A stretch of DNA of 40,645 nt, taken from the IMG/VR virus record IMGVR_UViG_3300017774_003848, positions 1-40,645 of that record; one strand, 5' to 3'. The position numbers were made by a program, and so were the translations under genes. Positions within the stretch are counted from its first letter, which is position 1. Every line of letters begins with the position of its first letter. The stretch is from a virus (lineage: Duplodnaviria; Caudoviricetes). Below, in pieces: positions 37,129 through 40,645 of the stretch. Below the pieces are notes generated by a model. The model was not told the DNA's origin and did no database searches. It worked only from the letters and a program-made list of their open reading frames with translations.

Positions 37129-37946
37129 TTGATTGTCGTGACGTTCTTTTTGCGGTCAAAAGATTCTCTTCTTGGGGGTATTACTATTTCGTTATTAAAC
37201 CATTTCCACCCTTCTAAAATTTCTAGAAGTTTGACACATGATTCTTGAATACTTAGATTTTTAGTGTCGATAACTGCGTCAAATCCATCGTAATTATCAA
37301 GCTCTAGTTCGCTTGTGTGAGAATCTTCACTTTCAATTGATCTTGTCAATCTAATGACTTTACCACCAGCATCCTGAATAGCCTTTATTTCATTTTCAAA
37401 TCTAACATCCGTTACTACAGCAAAATGAGGCTCTTCACTTAAAATGTCTGCAATAGCTTTATTCGTCCAGACATCAGGATAAATTTTACGAAAAATCTCA
37501 GTACCAAGATACTGAATGAATTCTCTTACAGTCATAAAACCAGACTTGCCCTTAATTTTTGTTGGCATATTTTCCCATTTATACTCCAGAAGTGTATTCT
37601 TCTGCTCGTCTGTGCCATACAACAGCTCTCTGTCAATATTAAATAGTCCAATTGCAATTTCTTTTAAAGTAGTTGCAAAAGCGTAATGTTTAATAAATGG
37701 CCACACACTATCCATAGCCCAGATAGAGAACTCAATATCTGTCCGAGTCACATCAATTTCGCCCATGCCTCGCTGGTCTTTTCCATTATCATCCTTGATC
37801 ATTGTATCAACAATAAGTTTTCCGTCTTCCAGAATATCAAAACCTTCAATCACGCCGAATGACTTTAATTGATATCCATGCAAAAAATTACAAAGCGTAT
37901 TTTTACCTGATTGCTTTTTACCCGAAAATGCTAAAATTCTTGACAT
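37125..37946 (-). CDS. Deoxynucleoside monophosphate kinase (T4 gp1/T5-like)
   Basis: FSGKKQSGKNT P-loop, FATTLKE, REFIQYLGTE, VTDVRFENE, GGKVIRL, HTSE. Confidence 0.85.
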   Translation of the reverse strand: MSRILAFSGKKQSGKNTLCNFLHGYQLKSFGVIEGFDILEDGKLIVDTMIKDDNGKDQRGMGEIDVTRTDIEFSIWAMDSVWPFIKHYAFATTLKEIAIGLFNIDRELLYGTDEQKNTLLEYKWENMPTKIKGKSGFMTVREFIQYLGTEIFRKIYPDVWTNKAIADILSEEPHFAVVTDVRFENEIKAIQDAGGKVIRLTRSIESEDSHTSELELDNYDGFDAVIDTKNLSIQESCVKLLEILEGWKWFNNEIVIPPRRESFDRKKNVTTIK

Positions 37947-39019
37947 TAAAATAATCCCTTTATTTGAGGTTTGAGTTCTGTGTTGATTTCTTCAATGGTC
38001 ATCTCTCCGATGTCCTTTTTAGATATTGTTGGCCTGTAATAATTAAACCTTCTTCCACCTTTTGTCTTTATGCTTTCGGCGGCTTTTTCTCCAGCTTCGT
38101 CAGTATCAGTCAATATAACAATATTAAATATTGCCATTTCTTCTAATGCAACTAGTTGATCTTCGCTTAGATCTGATCCAAATATACCAGCACAATTTTT
38201 AATTCCAGCTTCGTATAGTCTCCAAACGTCACCCTGTCCTTCTACAAGAACAACAGTATTGGTTTGTTTGATATATGGCATGGTTACCCATACACCATAT
38301 AGATAAAGAGCTTTCTTGAAGCCCTTACTATTAAACCATTTTGGCTTAATTTCATTATTTAAAGCTCTGCCAGTACACCCTGCATAGCTTCCATCAATAT
38401 CATAGATAGGAACAACGGCTCGATTGTGCATCTGTTTATTAGGATTATAACATTCTCCGACATCAAAAGCCACAAGAGTTTCTGGTAAATAACCTCTTCC
38501 TATATAATATTCAGAAGGAATACTTAGATTACTTATGATCTGATCTCTAGATAGATTTAAGTTTATCTTTTCTGGCTTTCTATTTACAATTTCGTTAACT
38601 TTATTGATTTCGTAAATAGTTTCGCTTACTTTTTCTTCTGGTATATCAAGTATTTTTTTATTTAAAAATGAGAGTGCAAAATTAAGTGATTTATAGAAAT
38701 TCACCTCTTTGCCTTCCTTTTTAGACAAAACGCCTCTGATAAATCCTATCATGTTTTGACCGTAATCTTTTTCGCAACAATGAGTCCAGCATCTCCAGTT
38801 TCCTTTGGTTTTAGATCCATCTGTAAATATGCAAGCACCTTCATCGTTATCTCCACCGTGAATTGGACATGGAAAAGTTACCCGATTTGGGAACTCTACG
38901 AAGTCAATTTTTAGAGCTTGCATTAAAGAAGGAACTTTGTCTGATAGTTCACTACAGATTGAATAAATCTTCTCCCGGCTCACCTTCTCGTATTTCGAAG
39001 TCTGTGTCTTCAAAGGCAT
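37946..39019 (-). CDS. dnaG: DnaG-type DNA primase (CHC2 Zn finger + TOPRIM)
   Basis: CPIH...WRCWTHC, NRAVVPI...GR..KPKW, VLVEGQGDV, TDTDEAG. Start uncertain: ATG 39019 has GGAG upstream, and the gene overlaps the end of dnaB. Confidence 0.88.
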   Translation of the reverse strand: MPLKTQTSKYEKVSREKIYSICSELSDKVPSLMQALKIDFVEFPNRVTFPCPIHGGDNDEGACIFTDGSKTKGNWRCWTHCCEKDYGQNMIGFIRGVLSKKEGKEVNFYKSLNFALSFLNKKILDIPEEKVSETIYEINKVNEIVNRKPEKINLNLSRDQIISNLSIPSEYYIGRGYLPETLVAFDVGECYNPNKQMHNRAVVPIYDIDGSYAGCTGRALNNEIKPKWFNSKGFKKALYLYGVWVTMPYIKQTNTVVLVEGQGDVWRLYEAGIKNCAGIFGSDLSEDQLVALEEMAIFNIVILTDTDEAGEKAAESIKTKGGRRFNYYRPTISKKDIGEMTIEEINTELKPQIKGLF

Positions 39020-40403
39020 TTGTTGCCACTCCATTCTTGATTTCATCTCTTGTATGTCCCTCAGACAATTTTGCAATTGCCCCGTTCATCTTGATATTGA
39101 TATAATTACCATACTCAAGTCCTGAACCATGACGAGCTTTAACGATGACAATTTTTCTATTGCCGTTTTCATAGCCATCATCTGCCATTTCTTCATCGCT
39201 TTTTACTTGAAATTTAGCAACTGTAGAAGCAAGCCATTGCAATCTATCAGATTGTGCAATTTCTTCTTCTCTATTTAATTGGACAAATGATAAACATGGA
39301 ATATCATATTTAATACAAAAGTCATTCATCTTAGTAATCTGAAAGCCGAGAGCTTGGTATTCCTGCATAGCGGCTCCAAGTCCAGCAGAACTCATCAATT
39401 TAAAATAGTCATAAATAACTAGACAATCTTTTGTTCTGCCGTTTTCATCAAATCCAACATATTGGTGTATCCACCTTTTAATAATGTTAAGGATATTGTC
39501 AAATGGTTGTCCTGCAATTGATATGTAGTGATATGGTATCTTTTCAAGATATTCTGCTGCTTTAATAACTCTATTTTTTTCCATATATTTGCTTGCAAAA
39601 CTTCCTTTGGCGATATCATTAATTTTAATACCACTAATTTTAGCCAACATACGATTTCTTTGGTCTCCAAGATCCATTTCTGTATCTAAATAAAGACATG
39701 GTATGTTATATTTGCCAGATACATAATCAGCAACATTCGTAGAGATAACACTTTTACCTACGCCCGTTCTAGCTCCTATTAGAGTGACTGACTTTCTTCT
39801 CAGTCCACCTCCTATAGCTTCGTCGAATTTTGGGAATCCGGTAGGAATGCCCAGATAATCAGTAGGGTTATTGATAAGGTAATCGACATATTCATTAATA
39901 TTTTCACCGATTAAAACTGTCTTATTATTCTGTTCTTTGTAGGCTAATGATGTGATTTCCATAATAGGATTTTCAATCATACCTATAATATCTTCGATGT
40001 TTTCATCACCTGTAATTTTAGCAAGTGATTTATCGCATACAGATAGAGCTTTTTTAATATCTCTCGCTAATTTTAACTTAGTTAACTTCGCTGCAAATTT
40101 AGGAATATTTTCCTTGTTGATTGGAAAATTAAATAACGACCGAATAAAACTTAATTCGGTCGTCTTGTTAATTAATTCGTATACACCCAATTTGTTTGCA
40201 GTAGCGAAAAGACTGGAGAATTCGATATTCTGATTACAATTAATAATATCTTGAAGGCATGTAAATATTACTTGATTTAATTCATGACTAAAATACTCTG
40301 GTTGTAAAAAATCTAATTCTACGTAAACTTCCAAGCCATACTGACAGATGCCCGCTAGCACAGCCCGCTCAATAGGTAAATTTTCAAGTACGGCTTGGCT
40401 CAT
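38952..40403 (-). CDS. dnaB: DnaB-family replicative helicase
   Basis: ERAVLAG N-domain, GIPTGF, GARTGVGKS (Walker A), DTEM, VIYDY (Walker B), QLNR, KARHG. Confidence 0.93.
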   Translation of the reverse strand: MSQAVLENLPIERAVLAGICQYGLEVYVELDFLQPEYFSHELNQVIFTCLQDIINCNQNIEFSSLFATANKLGVYELINKTTELSFIRSLFNFPINKENIPKFAAKLTKLKLARDIKKALSVCDKSLAKITGDENIEDIIGMIENPIMEITSLAYKEQNNKTVLIGENINEYVDYLINNPTDYLGIPTGFPKFDEAIGGGLRRKSVTLIGARTGVGKSVISTNVADYVSGKYNIPCLYLDTEMDLGDQRNRMLAKISGIKINDIAKGSFASKYMEKNRVIKAAEYLEKIPYHYISIAGQPFDNILNIIKRWIHQYVGFDENGRTKDCLVIYDYFKLMSSAGLGAAMQEYQALGFQITKMNDFCIKYDIPCLSFVQLNREEEIAQSDRLQWLASTVAKFQVKSDEEMADDGYENGNRKIVIVKARHGSGLEYGNYINIKMNGAIAKLSEGHTRDEIKNGVATNAFEDTDFEIREGEPGEDLFNL

Positions 40404-40404
40404 A

Positions 40405-40644
40405 TTAATTCACTCCATAAAACTTCTTCACAATCCAAGGTAATTGATGATAAGCAGAAACTATTTTATCTGCCTGATCTTGTGTTAATTGGCGATTTTC
40501 TAAGGCTAGATTCTTTTCGGCGATCAATTGATTAGTTGCTTCAAGCAAGCTCTTGTTCGAATCTAATATATCGTCAATATAACCTTGCGAGTCTGCAAGC
40601 TGCAATTCATATTCAAGAATTTGCTTGTCTAATTCATCAATTCG
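40405..40644 (-). CDS. Coiled-coil hypothetical protein, 5'-truncated by the window
   Basis: The frame stays open to the right edge (RIDELDKQILEYELQLADSQ...). The stop lies 1 nt before the dnaB start. Confidence 0.6.
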   Translation of the reverse strand, partial: RIDELDKQILEYELQLADSQGYIDDILDSNKSLLEATNQLIAEKNLALENRQLTQDQADKIVSAYHQLPWIVKKFYGVN

Positions 40645-40645
40645 A

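Noticed and set aside
38952-39076. Helicase-primase fusion via frameshift in the overlap
   Set aside because: No slippery sequence seen, and the primase has plausible independent starts.
866-40233. Numerous 60-125 aa antisense or alternate-frame ORFs in the track
   Set aside because: They are fully nested in longer motif-bearing genes and have no recognisable motifs; treated as shadow ORFs.
1-40645. Stop-codon reassignment
   Set aside because: Genes tile densely under the standard code. TAA, TGA and TAG all end genes at sensible boundaries (TAG ends dnaB and DnaE-C).

Overview
This is an AT-rich fragment (roughly 35% GC by eye) of a large tailed phage genome, with no host genes, tRNAs, CRISPR array or integrase visible. 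It has two convergent, tightly coupled gene blocks that meet at a bidirectional terminator near 23.66 kb. The + strand block (1-23556) is a virion/tail module. It holds the C-terminal part of a tape-measure protein with repeated AxGG motifs, several very large unassigned tail-tip/baseplate/fibre proteins (the distal ones Cys-rich), two small CxxC proteins and a Gly-rich structural protein. The - strand block (40645-23684) is a replication/recombination operon. In order: DnaB helicase, DnaG-type primase, dNMP kinase, Cas4/AddB-like nuclease, a DnaE polymerase split into two genes without an intein (a 77-aa ORF and a DEDDh exonuclease lie between the halves), SSB, an eight-gene glycosyltransferase/nucleotidyltransferase cluster in which several members look catalytically degenerate, a Vsr-like (EDxHD) endonuclease, a Rad52/Sak-like annealing protein and a Zn-ribbon protein. 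Best leads: the intein-less multi-part DnaE; the glyco cluster, read with Ser-Gly enrichment in some virion proteins and an apparently complete absence of CCWGG; AxGG-delimited cassettes in the tape measure; and a palindrome-dense 100-nt element at the convergence point. All family calls come from motif recognition by eye, all counts are manual, and no database searches were run.
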